A DNA stretch of 64,000 nt from Anaerolineales bacterium (GTDB lineage: Bacteria > Chloroflexota > Anaerolineae > Anaerolineales > Anaerolineaceae). The translations under genes were made by a program, and so were the position numbers. Under the pieces are notes generated by a model. It made no database searches and had not been told where the DNA came from. It saw only the letters and a program-made list of their open reading frames with translations. The stretch is from NCBI GenBank assembly GCA_038329785.1, contig JBBQNI010000011.1:2518-66517 (forward strand), read 5' to 3'. This document shows positions 29,556-38,528 of this stretch, in pieces; positions within the stretch are counted from its first letter, which is position 1, and every line of letters begins with the position of its first letter.

Positions 29556-30920
29556 TTAAGGATTCTCAACCCTTTCCATGACAGCCTGCGCAGCGATCGG
29601 TGCGGTCGTTTTACCAGAAAGTATCTCCACCACCTGTTCAGTTAATATGGGCCCGAGGAATGTTAAAACATCTGTCCTTGGCTTGACCATCGCAGACATG
29701 GCTACTTGTTCTAATAGTTTACGTAAATTTATATTATTCCAACCCATCAGTGAACTTGGACGCACTGGCAGCGCACCCTGTGCCGGTGACCATTCGCGCA
29801 GAAAATCCGGGTCTGTCAGAAATTCGATCAATTGTGCATTGACCGGGTTGTGCTCATTCTGTGGATCGGAAATACACCACACCCAGCCATCCACGAATGT
29901 AGAAGAGGGTTCATCAAATATGGGTAAAGGCAGGGCTGAAGAATCTTCTGCCGGATCTTGCAAATAGCGTGAAATCCAGGTAATTACCCAATTACTGCGC
30001 AACTCGTTGTATGCAGTCCATGCCTCGGCATCTTTTTGAAATTGAGTTGTCCATAATGGAAACGTGCCTGTTGCTCCGCCATCAGCAAAAAGCTGAAACA
30101 TGGTGGTTAAAGCATCTTCATCCATCTGAGGTATGCGTTGGGCAGTACCAATATTGCCGCCAGCTGCCTGATAAACCGCCAGGGAAACCAGTGCCTGCGG
30201 ATCTGAAGCCGGAAAAGCCAGGGGTTCGCCACGCTGTAAAACCTCCTGCCAACCAGGCGGTTGCGTTCCAATAACCGCTGGGCGATTAATCAGCATGAGC
30301 GCATCGCCAACAAAAGGCAACCCATAACTACTGCCACCCACAACAGCCAATTCACGAGCATACTGATACCAATCCTCACCATCGATATTGGTTGAGTAGG
30401 CATCAAACGGATAAATTAAATTCCGTGCCACAGCTGTTTCCAGATCGGATCGCGAAAGGGCTACAACCGATGGCATGGCGGCCTTAGCAGCCCCACTGGT
30501 GATAGACAGCGATTCAAGTATTCCTGTTGGACCTGTTGCGGGTTTTACTCGCACTTGTATAAATACATCTTTGTTTGCCTGCTCAAATTCAGTAATGCGA
30601 TCACGAAGCAATTTGGAAGCTGCAGAATCCAGCTGAGGATCAAATTGGGGGGGTACCCAGAGGATCAAATCAATGATCCCTGTTTCCGGAGAGGGAGTGG
30701 TGGTTTCAGACGGTTGGGTGATGGTTTGCGCAGGTGTAACAGTACCTGGATTGACAGGCAGGGTCGGCGTAGTCTGTCCAGCTATTTGCTCTACAATTTG
30801 ATTAAATAATTGCGTTGCATTGCTGGCAAACTCGCAACCACTCAAGAAAACGATACCTGCCAAAATGACCGCGGTTAAGAAAAATCGCCAGGGTTTACTT
30901 TGGAGATTCTTTATTTTCAT
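29556..30920 (-). CDS. Extracellular solute-binding lipoprotein (ABC-type, family 1-like)
   Basis: Lipobox VFLSGC, a T/P-rich linker, then an alternating beta/alpha SBP-like sequence (IDLILWVPPQFDP..., ITEFEQANKDVFIQVRV). The start overlaps the stop of the upstream M42 gene by 4 nt. No permease or ATPase genes are adjacent. Confidence 0.55.
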   Translation of the reverse strand: MKIKNLQSKPWRFFLTAVILAGIVFLSGCEFASNATQLFNQIVEQIAGQTTPTLPVNPGTVTPAQTITQPSETTTPSPETGIIDLILWVPPQFDPQLDSAASKLLRDRITEFEQANKDVFIQVRVKPATGPTGILESLSITSGAAKAAMPSVVALSRSDLETAVARNLIYPFDAYSTNIDGEDWYQYARELAVVGGSSYGLPFVGDALMLINRPAVIGTQPPGWQEVLQRGEPLAFPASDPQALVSLAVYQAAGGNIGTAQRIPQMDEDALTTMFQLFADGGATGTFPLWTTQFQKDAEAWTAYNELRSNWVITWISRYLQDPAEDSSALPLPIFDEPSSTFVDGWVWCISDPQNEHNPVNAQLIEFLTDPDFLREWSPAQGALPVRPSSLMGWNNINLRKLLEQVAMSAMVKPRTDVLTFLGPILTEQVVEILSGKTTAPIAAQAVMERVENP

Positions 30921-31915
30921 TTTAAATCTATCGGCTCACTCAGAAAGGCGGTAAGCAATAAAACAGCATTTTCCACATCGCGAAAATCCACCATTTCAGA
31001 TGGTGAGTGAATGTATCGCGTTGGAATGGAAACACAACCTGCCGGTATGCCAGCCCTGGAAATTTGCATGGCGCGGGCGTCGGTGGAACCACCTAATAAA
31101 ATCTCACGCTGGTATGGAATTTCGTTCCTTTCAGCACAGTCGACCAGCGCGTTCACCAGCCTCGGGTCAGCCAGCATCCCGCCATCTTTGACTTTAATGG
31201 CGGGACCGGCACCTAATTTGACATCCATCACAACCCCGCGAGGAGTATCGCCGGTACCGGTGACATCCACGGCAATACCCAGATCAGGTTCAATGCCATA
31301 GGCTGCTGTTGTGGCCCCGCGCGTCCCCACCTCTTCCTGAGTGCTGAAAACAAAATGCAATTCGTTAACAGAACTCTTTATGTTGCGTAATGTTTCGATT
31401 AAAACAGCCACACAAACACGATCATCCATGGCTTTGGAAATGAGTCTGTTGCCCAAATCTTCAAATGGGCGATCAAATGCAGCCACATCCCCGATTCTCA
31501 CCGGGCTTTCCTGCGGGCTGCCGGCACCCACATCAATAAATAGGTTCTCGAATGAATGAACATTGGCGGGATTATCCAGACGCTCACCACCAATCACACC
31601 AGCGGCACCATTTAAGAAACGGACACGGCTGCCGTAACAGGTATGTGGCCGCACTCCACCAATGGTAGTGAAACGGGCAAACCCATTTTTATCCACGTGG
31701 GTGACCATCACGCCGATTTCATCAATGTGGGCCGCCAACATGATTCGCAATCCGTTTTTCGATTTCTTGCCTTTGCGAACAATTAAGTTACCCATCGCAT
31801 CGGTGGAAACCTCATCGGCATATTTTTCTACTTCGGCCCGTACTACCTCACGAATTCGGGATTCATAACCGGAAGGGCCAACTGTTTCTACTAATTTTTT
31901 AATTAATGATTTCAT
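30917..31915 (-). CDS. M42 family metallo-aminopeptidase (TET/FrvX/CelM-like), paralog 3
   Basis: M42 motifs AAHIDEIGVMV, DDRVCVAV, STQEEVGTRGA, IAVDVT and IPTRYIHSPSE. Confidence 0.88.
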   Translation of the reverse strand: MKSLIKKLVETVGPSGYESRIREVVRAEVEKYADEVSTDAMGNLIVRKGKKSKNGLRIMLAAHIDEIGVMVTHVDKNGFARFTTIGGVRPHTCYGSRVRFLNGAAGVIGGERLDNPANVHSFENLFIDVGAGSPQESPVRIGDVAAFDRPFEDLGNRLISKAMDDRVCVAVLIETLRNIKSSVNELHFVFSTQEEVGTRGATTAAYGIEPDLGIAVDVTGTGDTPRGVVMDVKLGAGPAIKVKDGGMLADPRLVNALVDCAERNEIPYQREILLGGSTDARAMQISRAGIPAGCVSIPTRYIHSPSEMVDFRDVENAVLLLTAFLSEPIDLK

Positions 31916-31950
31916 AAAAAGTCTCCTGTCACCACAGTTATCATACTAAA

Positions 31951-32778
31951 CTAATTTCGGTGTTTTTGCATCCATTGAATGGCAAAATCGATTAAAGGTT
32001 TTTGTTTGAGTAGAATCGCATCAGCCTGACCTACCCTGGCTGTGCGAACCTTGCCAGGATAGCGGTCTGTAAATTCCCTTCCTATTACGGCAAAATCATC
32101 TGAATCAAGGTCCAACCCCCGGAATGTTACCCAATGCCGCTCTCCAGCAACCAGCATAGCGCAACCATCCTCGATCCAATTTTTCTTGCCAAAATCAGCC
32201 CGGTACTCCGCCAGATGAATAGACGAATTATTGGCATGTGTTACACCAAGCAACAGTATCCAGCCATCAAGATCGTATATTTTTTGTAATGGAGACCCTT
32301 CACCTAACCCGCTTTGAAGATTGTGATCCTTTGTGATCCAAGGTGCATGCTTGCCATAAGCGCAAAAAGAATCCTGCGGGTGATTGCTGCGCATCACGCC
32401 ATCCATTTTCCGAAAAGTTTCGGGAATTACGCCAATCCCTCTGGTAGGCGTTAACAAAGGGTCGAAAACCAGCATATTCTCACGAATGATATCCATCCAG
32501 GAAAGTGGAACTGGTGGATGTGCCCAATTGGCCGGGTTCGAGTTTTCGCCGCAATAAGCAGGCATCACCAGCGTACCTTCTGTGCCAATAACTTCTCTCA
32601 ACGCCAGGATAACAGCTGCCGAGCCGCCACAAACCCAACCTAATTTGCTGAGAGCTGAATGAACCAGAACCACCATACCGGATTGCAAACCAAGCGCTTT
32701 TAAATCTGTCACCAAACTGGTAACCGTGGCTGGCGTTTCCGTTTCTGCAATTACCGCAGCTTCTCGTTCAATAGCCAT
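31951..32778 (-). CDS. Aminoglycoside 3-N-acetyltransferase family (AAC(3)/YokD-like) protein
   Basis: Family-typical N-terminus LGLQSGMVVLVHSALSKLGWVCGGSAAVILALREVIGTEGTLVMPAY and later HLAEYR. Confidence 0.8.
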   Translation of the reverse strand: MAIEREAAVIAETETPATVTSLVTDLKALGLQSGMVVLVHSALSKLGWVCGGSAAVILALREVIGTEGTLVMPAYCGENSNPANWAHPPVPLSWMDIIRENMLVFDPLLTPTRGIGVIPETFRKMDGVMRSNHPQDSFCAYGKHAPWITKDHNLQSGLGEGSPLQKIYDLDGWILLLGVTHANNSSIHLAEYRADFGKKNWIEDGCAMLVAGERHWVTFRGLDLDSDDFAVIGREFTDRYPGKVRTARVGQADAILLKQKPLIDFAIQWMQKHRN

Positions 32779-32786
32779 TCTATAAA

Positions 32787-33872
32787 TTACCGTTCTTCAG
32801 ACAATATTTTGCGCTCAATTCGCTGCATGGCGGCATGCACCAGCGCGACACTATTTTTCCAATCCTCAAGGTGGGCAATCAGTACTGCGGTATGGGCGTA
32901 ACGGCCAGGTACTGATATCGAAACAGAAGGTATGCCAGAGCGGTTCGTGTGAATCGCACCTGCATCCGTTCCGCCCTTGCCCGGTTGGCGGAACTGGTAA
33001 GGAATCTCCAGCAATTCGGCGGTCTCCACCAGCAAGTTGATTAAGCGCGGATCAGATAAAGTACCGGCATCGAGACGGTAGATAGCAGGCCCTGCTCCCT
33101 GACGCACGTTATATCGGTAATTCTCCTCTTCATCCCAGGTAGGGAGATCATTGGCCGGCGTGGAATCGATTACAAAAGCAACCTCAGGATCAAGTGCATA
33201 CCCGGCAACCTTTGCACCGCGCAATCCAATTTCCTCTTGCACAGTGAAAGCCGCCAGCAAGTCAATATTTTCAGGTGGGTGTTTAACATATTCAATTAGA
33301 GTTGCTACACCCAGGCGGTTATCCAATGCTTTGCCGAACATACTCGGGCCGTTTTGGAAAAAACGGGTGGCAAAAGTAGCCCGCTCACCGACTTTAACTT
33401 TCTTGGAATTGCCCGGTCCAATATCAATTCTTAAGTTATCAACTGAAATGGGTTTTTTAAGCTCATCTTTGTCAGCCAGATGAATTGGTTTTGCGCCAAT
33501 TATGCCCGGAACACATTTCTTGCCAACCAGTACGGGCTTTCCCACCAACTGGCGATTGTCGATACCACCGACAATTTCAAAAGTGAAGAGTCCTTCGCCA
33601 TCATCATTGACAATCATGAAACCCACTTCATCCATGTGAGCAGCAACCATCACGCGAAGTGCATTTTTCTGCCGGGACTTGCGAGTTACCAAAATATTGC
33701 CAAGGGCATCAATTTTTAGCTCATCAGCAATATCTTTTAATTCTTCCAAAACAATTTTGCGAACAGCGCCTTCATCGCCTGAAACAGCAAAAGCGTTAGA
33801 AAGTCTGCTCAACAGATCAATTTGGGATTCTCCAATTTGAGGGGTTGCCTGCCACAATTCATTTTTCTTCAT
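32787..33872 (-). CDS. M42 family metallo-aminopeptidase, paralog 2
   Basis: Motifs AAHMDEVGFMI, LDNRLGVATL, VQEEIGLRGA, FVIDST and VPGRYAHT. I moved the start to ATG 33872 (MKKNELW) after GAGGTGG. It overlaps the upstream stop (33859-33861). Confidence 0.88.
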   Translation of the reverse strand: MKKNELWQATPQIGESQIDLLSRLSNAFAVSGDEGAVRKIVLEELKDIADELKIDALGNILVTRKSRQKNALRVMVAAHMDEVGFMIVNDDGEGLFTFEIVGGIDNRQLVGKPVLVGKKCVPGIIGAKPIHLADKDELKKPISVDNLRIDIGPGNSKKVKVGERATFATRFFQNGPSMFGKALDNRLGVATLIEYVKHPPENIDLLAAFTVQEEIGLRGAKVAGYALDPEVAFVIDSTPANDLPTWDEEENYRYNVRQGAGPAIYRLDAGTLSDPRLINLLVETAELLEIPYQFRQPGKGGTDAGAIHTNRSGIPSVSISVPGRYAHTAVLIAHLEDWKNSVALVHAAMQRIERKILSEER

Positions 33873-34935
33873 CATCCACCTCATCCCAGCTAATCGTATC
33901 AAGAAAATCCAGTTCCAGGCGTGCAATCGTCTCTGCCAGCAATCTACCGGTTCGCTCGATATCTTTCATCGCAATAAGCTCAACCGGTGTATGCATATAG
34001 CGTAAAGGAATGCTGATCACCATGGTAGGGATCCCTTCGCCTACCACCTGCATTCCATAAGCATCTGTCCCAGAATGACGGGGCATATATTCTTTCTGAC
34101 AGGGAATATCCAGCTTTTCGGCTGTATCCGCAAATCGTTTATAAATGTATGGGTGAATATTCGGACCCCAGCCCAAACAGGGGCCTTTCGCCAGTGAGAG
34201 TGTGCGCCAATCACTGGCGCCTGGACCCTTGGCAAAAGTAACATCAATTGCCACAGCAATCTGGGGCTTAATTTCATAAGGCGAGGTGATGCTACCTGCC
34301 AGAGTTTCCTCTTCCTGTACTGTGGCTACCGCCCAGACATCCCAGGCATGCTGGACATGGCTCAGTTCAAGCAGACATTGCGTAACCGCCGCCACTGAGG
34401 CACGGTTATCGAGGCTATGCCCCGCCAGTGTATTGCCGCTTAGTTCCATCGGTTCCTGGCTAAACGAGATTAAATCACCAACCCGCACTAATTGATTAAC
34501 TTCATCCGCCATCAATCCCGTATCCACAAACAAATATTCCATCGCAATTGAACAGCGCTGCTGCGAGGCAGGCAGGAGGTAATCCGCTGGCTGGACAATT
34601 ACACCGGGCATATCACTGCGACCGTGGACGGTAACAAGCTGACCTGGCAGAATGCGGGGATCGATTCCACCGATTCCTGTGAAGCGTAGCAAGCCGTCTT
34701 TAATGGCGGTTACTATCATGCCAATTGCATCCATGTGGGCAGCCAGCAAGATTGCTGGCCGAGGAAGATCGCCGTTACCTCGCCGGAGGGCGTGGAGACT
34801 TCCCAGGCGGCTGGTAGAGATTTCGTCCACCAGAGGTTCCCAGGCAGTTGTTATTAAATCCCTGATGGGTTTTTCGTAGCCCGAAAGCCCCGGAAGGGAG
34901 ATCATCGATTTAAGGGTTTCTTTGAGTTCAATCAT
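33859..34935 (-). CDS. M42 family metallo-aminopeptidase, paralog 1
   Basis: Motifs AAHMDAIGMIV, LDNRASVAAV, VQEEETLAGS, VAIDVT and IPLRYMHTPVE. Confidence 0.85.
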   Translation of the reverse strand: MIELKETLKSMISLPGLSGYEKPIRDLITTAWEPLVDEISTSRLGSLHALRRGNGDLPRPAILLAAHMDAIGMIVTAIKDGLLRFTGIGGIDPRILPGQLVTVHGRSDMPGVIVQPADYLLPASQQRCSIAMEYLFVDTGLMADEVNQLVRVGDLISFSQEPMELSGNTLAGHSLDNRASVAAVTQCLLELSHVQHAWDVWAVATVQEEETLAGSITSPYEIKPQIAVAIDVTFAKGPGASDWRTLSLAKGPCLGWGPNIHPYIYKRFADTAEKLDIPCQKEYMPRHSGTDAYGMQVVGEGIPTMVISIPLRYMHTPVELIAMKDIERTGRLLAETIARLELDFLDTISWDEVDDEEK

Positions 34936-34967
34936 ATTTTTTTCCTGATTGTGGGATGGTTTTTCGC

Positions 34968-35399
34968 TTAAGGCGATGGCAAGGTGACTTCAACAGTAGG
35001 TGCCGTTGTATTCGTGATCGTAGGCGGAGGCGGTGTATCAGTCACAGTTGGGGGTGGCGGGGTGGTTGCTTCCAGAGTACTCGTAACGGTTGCGGTTGGC
35101 GTGGCTGTCCTTGTCGGCGTGTTGAAAGGCGTATATGTGACAGTTGGCGTCCAGGTTTGGGTTACAGTTGCTGTAGCAGTTTCAGTCGGTAGAATATTGA
35201 CCGTTGCAGAAGCAACCGGCAGGGTAGCAGTCATGGTTGTAGTTGGGCTTGTTGTTCGGCTGGCCTGAGCATCCGATTGATTTATTTGCAAGCCGACCCG
35301 CCAAACAATAAAACCAAGGCAATAACAGGCAAGAGAAGTAATGATGATCACAAGGAGGATAAACCTTGTGCGTCTACGTTTTTCAACTCGTAACGACAT
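34968..35399 (-). CDS. Thr/Pro-rich single-pass membrane protein
   Basis: N-terminal basic stretch plus TM (FILLVIIITSLACYCLGFIVW), then ~95 aa dominated by T, P and A. First gene of the same-strand M42 cluster. Confidence 0.55.
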   Translation of the reverse strand: MSLRVEKRRRTRFILLVIIITSLACYCLGFIVWRVGLQINQSDAQASRTTSPTTTMTATLPVASATVNILPTETATATVTQTWTPTVTYTPFNTPTRTATPTATVTSTLEATTPPPPTVTDTPPPPTITNTTAPTVEVTLPSP

Positions 35400-35944
35400 T
35401 TTGCCGCCTAAGCATTATCTTAATTCCACCAGCCAAGCTATTATTCACTTTCATCTGAGTTTATTCTAACCTAAATGGGCAAAAAAGGTAATTCGATAAG
35501 ATCGACATGCAAAAGCGAGCGATACAAAATGGTTACTGGAAATATTAGATCTTGAACATTAAAGTACCTGGTGACTTCATCCACGAACGGAATTAATTTC
35601 GGGGCAATCCAGGTTTGGGACGTGAAATTGAGCGTGATTTATGACAAGTTTGTTTTGAAACCCCAAATCCAGGATTGTGGTTAATAACCTTTTAGATCTC
35701 TTTCCCGAAAAGGGCATTTAATCCTACCCCATGCGGTGCACGCGCTTCGCTGGTCGGATTCCAGTAGCTGGTGGGACATGTATTAAAATCGGCGACTAGA
35801 GGGAGTGCACGTGCTTTGCTCGAGCGATCTCTTCGGTTCGGGTTGAAGATTATTGAAATAATAAATTCCCATCGCTTAGAAAGAATCAGATCCCGTGTTT
35901 AGTGTGGGGTTAATATAATCAAAACTCCCTGTTTATCTTTTTCT

Positions 35945-36910
35945 TTAACTTTTTTGACCAGGTTGATTCTGCTGGATGTAGCTGATTTCTTGCCGGACTG
36001 TCTGATAGAGAGTCTGCGCATGCAAATCGTCGATCGTGTAACAAGGGGCTAACAGGTTGTCTGCCAGGGTTTTTGCCAATCCACGGTCAAATGAAGCATG
36101 CTCCAGGTTAATCACGATGGAGTGAATATTTTCTTCAGCGATCAAACGCGCAATTTGATAAGATTCAGGCAAAGGACCCAGTTTTTTTCCAACCGCCACG
36201 TTACCGGCACCATCAGTCAATAAGACCATCAAGGGAACCACATCCGGGTGAGTAATTCTTTCGCGCATCAATACTTCATAGGCTAGTTTCAACCCCGCCG
36301 AGAGTGGCGTCTTGCCACCAACCGGTATATTTTGTAAAGCGCGTTCCGCCAGAGTAACAGAGTGGGTTGGTGAAAGTATCAAGGTAGCGCGGTCCTTCTG
36401 GAAAACTAGCATTCCAACCCGGTCTCGACGCTGATAGGCATCATTCAACAGCGAAAGGATCGCCCCTTTAGCAGCTGCCATCCGCTCGGCTACAGCCATT
36501 GACCAGGACGCATCGACCACAAAAAGAATCAGGTTGGCCGTACGTCGCACCCGCACCTTGCGCATATAATCTGCAGGTTGAATGGCGAATGCTACCCGTT
36601 TACGCTGTTCACTGCGCTGCTTTTGAAAGGGAGCTGCTGCGCGCATGGTGGCATCGAATGCAAGATCGTCCGCTTTTCCCCCGGCAGGTCGTGATTGGGT
36701 GTAGCGTCCACGTTTTCTTTCCGTACGCGTGACCGAACGCCGTCCGGATTTGGAGCGGATAATTTTATCCAGGGGAGTATTTAGCCGCCGCGGGGTAAAC
36801 TGGCCTTCTGCCTTAACCACCTTGCCACCCTGCCACCAATTGGCATTAAATTCCTGAAATAATGCCCCCGGGTCCGGGACTGCATCCCCCATATCGGGTG
36901 CATCTTTCAT
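35945..36910 (-). CDS. VWA domain protein (ChlD/BchD C-terminal-like)
   Basis: A basic N-terminal ~100 aa, then a von Willebrand A domain with MIDAS DASWSM (DxSxS) and LLTDGAGN. 23 nt downstream of the ChlI-like gene. Confidence 0.8.
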   Translation of the reverse strand: MKDAPDMGDAVPDPGALFQEFNANWWQGGKVVKAEGQFTPRRLNTPLDKIIRSKSGRRSVTRTERKRGRYTQSRPAGGKADDLAFDATMRAAAPFQKQRSEQRKRVAFAIQPADYMRKVRVRRTANLILFVVDASWSMAVAERMAAAKGAILSLLNDAYQRRDRVGMLVFQKDRATLILSPTHSVTLAERALQNIPVGGKTPLSAGLKLAYEVLMRERITHPDVVPLMVLLTDGAGNVAVGKKLGPLPESYQIARLIAEENIHSIVINLEHASFDRGLAKTLADNLLAPCYTIDDLHAQTLYQTVRQEISYIQQNQPGQKS

Positions 36911-36933
36911 TTCAGTGCTATTTGTTCCGTCAG

Positions 36934-38040
36934 TTAAATTTTTTTTTCCGCTATGCCTTCGCCGGCATCATTGTCTGAAGGTGAATCTTCCTCCCCTTCA
37001 CCGGATGCCTCACCCCCGCTGAGCTGGTCAATTCGTTCCTTGAGCTCTTGCATGGTGGCCACTTCTTTTTCGAATGGGCTTCGTTTCATGCGATGTGGCA
37101 ATGCCAGTTCGGCAGCGCGGGCAATATCAAACTCATTGATTGCAACACGCCCCTCAAGGGCGGCCTGGGCTCTGGCAGTTTTCAGAATAACAATATCAGG
37201 ACGGTGACCATCCACACCCAGTGAGGCGGTTAACGAAGCAATGATGACCAGGTCACGGCTGCTATGTTTAACCTGTGGAACCAATTCACGCGCCACCTCT
37301 ATTTGCTTTGTCAGCTCTGTTTCGCTTTCTTCCCAGTGCCGGCGGAAATGTTGAGGGTCTGCCTCGAAAGCCAGATTGCGTTCCATAATCATGACGCGCT
37401 CACGCGAATCGAGAATGCCGTGAATTTCCACTGATAGTGCGAAACGATCTAATAGCTGGGGGCGTAAATCACCTTCTTCGGGATTCATTGTGCCCACCAG
37501 GATAAATCGGGATGGATGCACGAATGAGATTCCTTCACGTTCCACGATGTTCATCCCCATCGCGGCGGAATCGAGCAGCACATCCACAACATGATCATCC
37601 AGTAAATTGACTTCATCGATATAAAGCAAACCGCGGTTGGCGGCTGCCAATACACCAGGCTCAAACTTGCGTTCGCCTTGCTGAATTGCCCTTTCAATAT
37701 CCAATGTGCCGACCACACGATCTTCGGTAGCCGATACGGGCAGATTGATGAAAGCTGTCGGCCGAATGGTGACGGGAATACTCTGACCCTGCGCATATCT
37801 CTCCTGACATTCCGTACACCAGTAGGTCGGACTTTCCGGGTCACACCCAAAGCGGCAATCACTCACTGCTTTGACATTGGGTAAAAGGGCTGCCAAAGCG
37901 CGGGCAGCAGTCGACTTTGCAGTTCCCCTTTCACCGCGAATCAAAACACCACCAATGCGGGGATCGACTGCATTGAGAACCAATGCGCGTTTCATACGTT
38001 CCTGTCCTACGATGGCGGTGAATGGAAAAATTTGTGGCAT
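36934..38040 (-). CDS. ChlI/BchI-like AAA+ ATPase (chelatase I-subunit family)
   Basis: N-terminus FPFTAIVGQERMKRALVLNAVDPRIGGVLIRGERGTAKST, Walker B LLYIDEVNLL and GTMNPEEGDLRPQLLDRF. It has a Cys4 insertion (CRFGC-x8-CTEC) and an acidic C-terminal tail. Confidence 0.85.
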   Translation of the reverse strand: MPQIFPFTAIVGQERMKRALVLNAVDPRIGGVLIRGERGTAKSTAARALAALLPNVKAVSDCRFGCDPESPTYWCTECQERYAQGQSIPVTIRPTAFINLPVSATEDRVVGTLDIERAIQQGERKFEPGVLAAANRGLLYIDEVNLLDDHVVDVLLDSAAMGMNIVEREGISFVHPSRFILVGTMNPEEGDLRPQLLDRFALSVEIHGILDSRERVMIMERNLAFEADPQHFRRHWEESETELTKQIEVARELVPQVKHSSRDLVIIASLTASLGVDGHRPDIVILKTARAQAALEGRVAINEFDIARAAELALPHRMKRSPFEKEVATMQELKERIDQLSGGEASGEGEEDSPSDNDAGEGIAEKKI

Positions 38041-38226
38041 AGTGTCTTCCTGTTATTTTATTTTTTGGGGCAGCAAATGAGCAAAAATTCACTAAAATTT
38101 GGACATTCGTGCGGTTAAGTGTACCATTGCTAAAACAAGCCTGCAACCAGGCCTAAAGGGTAGCTTGTACAGCTAATTCTGTGATTTATATCCACAAGCA
38201 AACATCTGTATTGGTAAAATGGAATT

Positions 38227-38463
38227 ATGTCACCTAATCTTGAAAGTATAGGCAAGGTAATAATTATCATCGGTCTGACACTGCTCATTCTGGGAGGAAT
38301 CGTCCTGGGCTTGAGCCGCATTTTTGGCTGGGAAAAATTGCCGGGTACGCTCCGTTTCGAATCAGGAAACATTACCTGCCTGGTGCCCATTCTAGGATCC
38401 ATCCTTTTAAGCATCATTTTGACATTGATACTGAATATTCTAATTCGATTCTTTAACCGCTGA
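38227..38463 (+). CDS. DUF2905-like small membrane protein
   Basis: 78 aa with two TM helices and a central LPGTLRFESGN motif typical of the family. Preferred over the overlapping minus-strand ORF 38130..38546. Confidence 0.65.
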   Translation: MSPNLESIGKVIIIIGLTLLILGGIVLGLSRIFGWEKLPGTLRFESGNITCLVPILGSILLSIILTLILNILIRFFNR

Positions 38464-38528
38464 AGTGAACAATATTCAATGCAAATCTCCGACAATAACT
38501 GGGTGATAAGGTAAAATCCAAAAAGACC

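Noticed and set aside
34956-35268. Gly/Val/Arg-rich plus-strand ORFs
   Set aside because: They are antisense products of the low-complexity Thr/Pro-rich coding sequence on the minus strand.
35700-38226. Possible cobalamin riboswitch near the ChlI/VWA pair; also the GCCACTG at 56982
   Set aside because: Only isolated short matches (GGTGC, GCCACTG) are present. The ordered conserved core of the cobalamin riboswitch could not be laid out on either strand.
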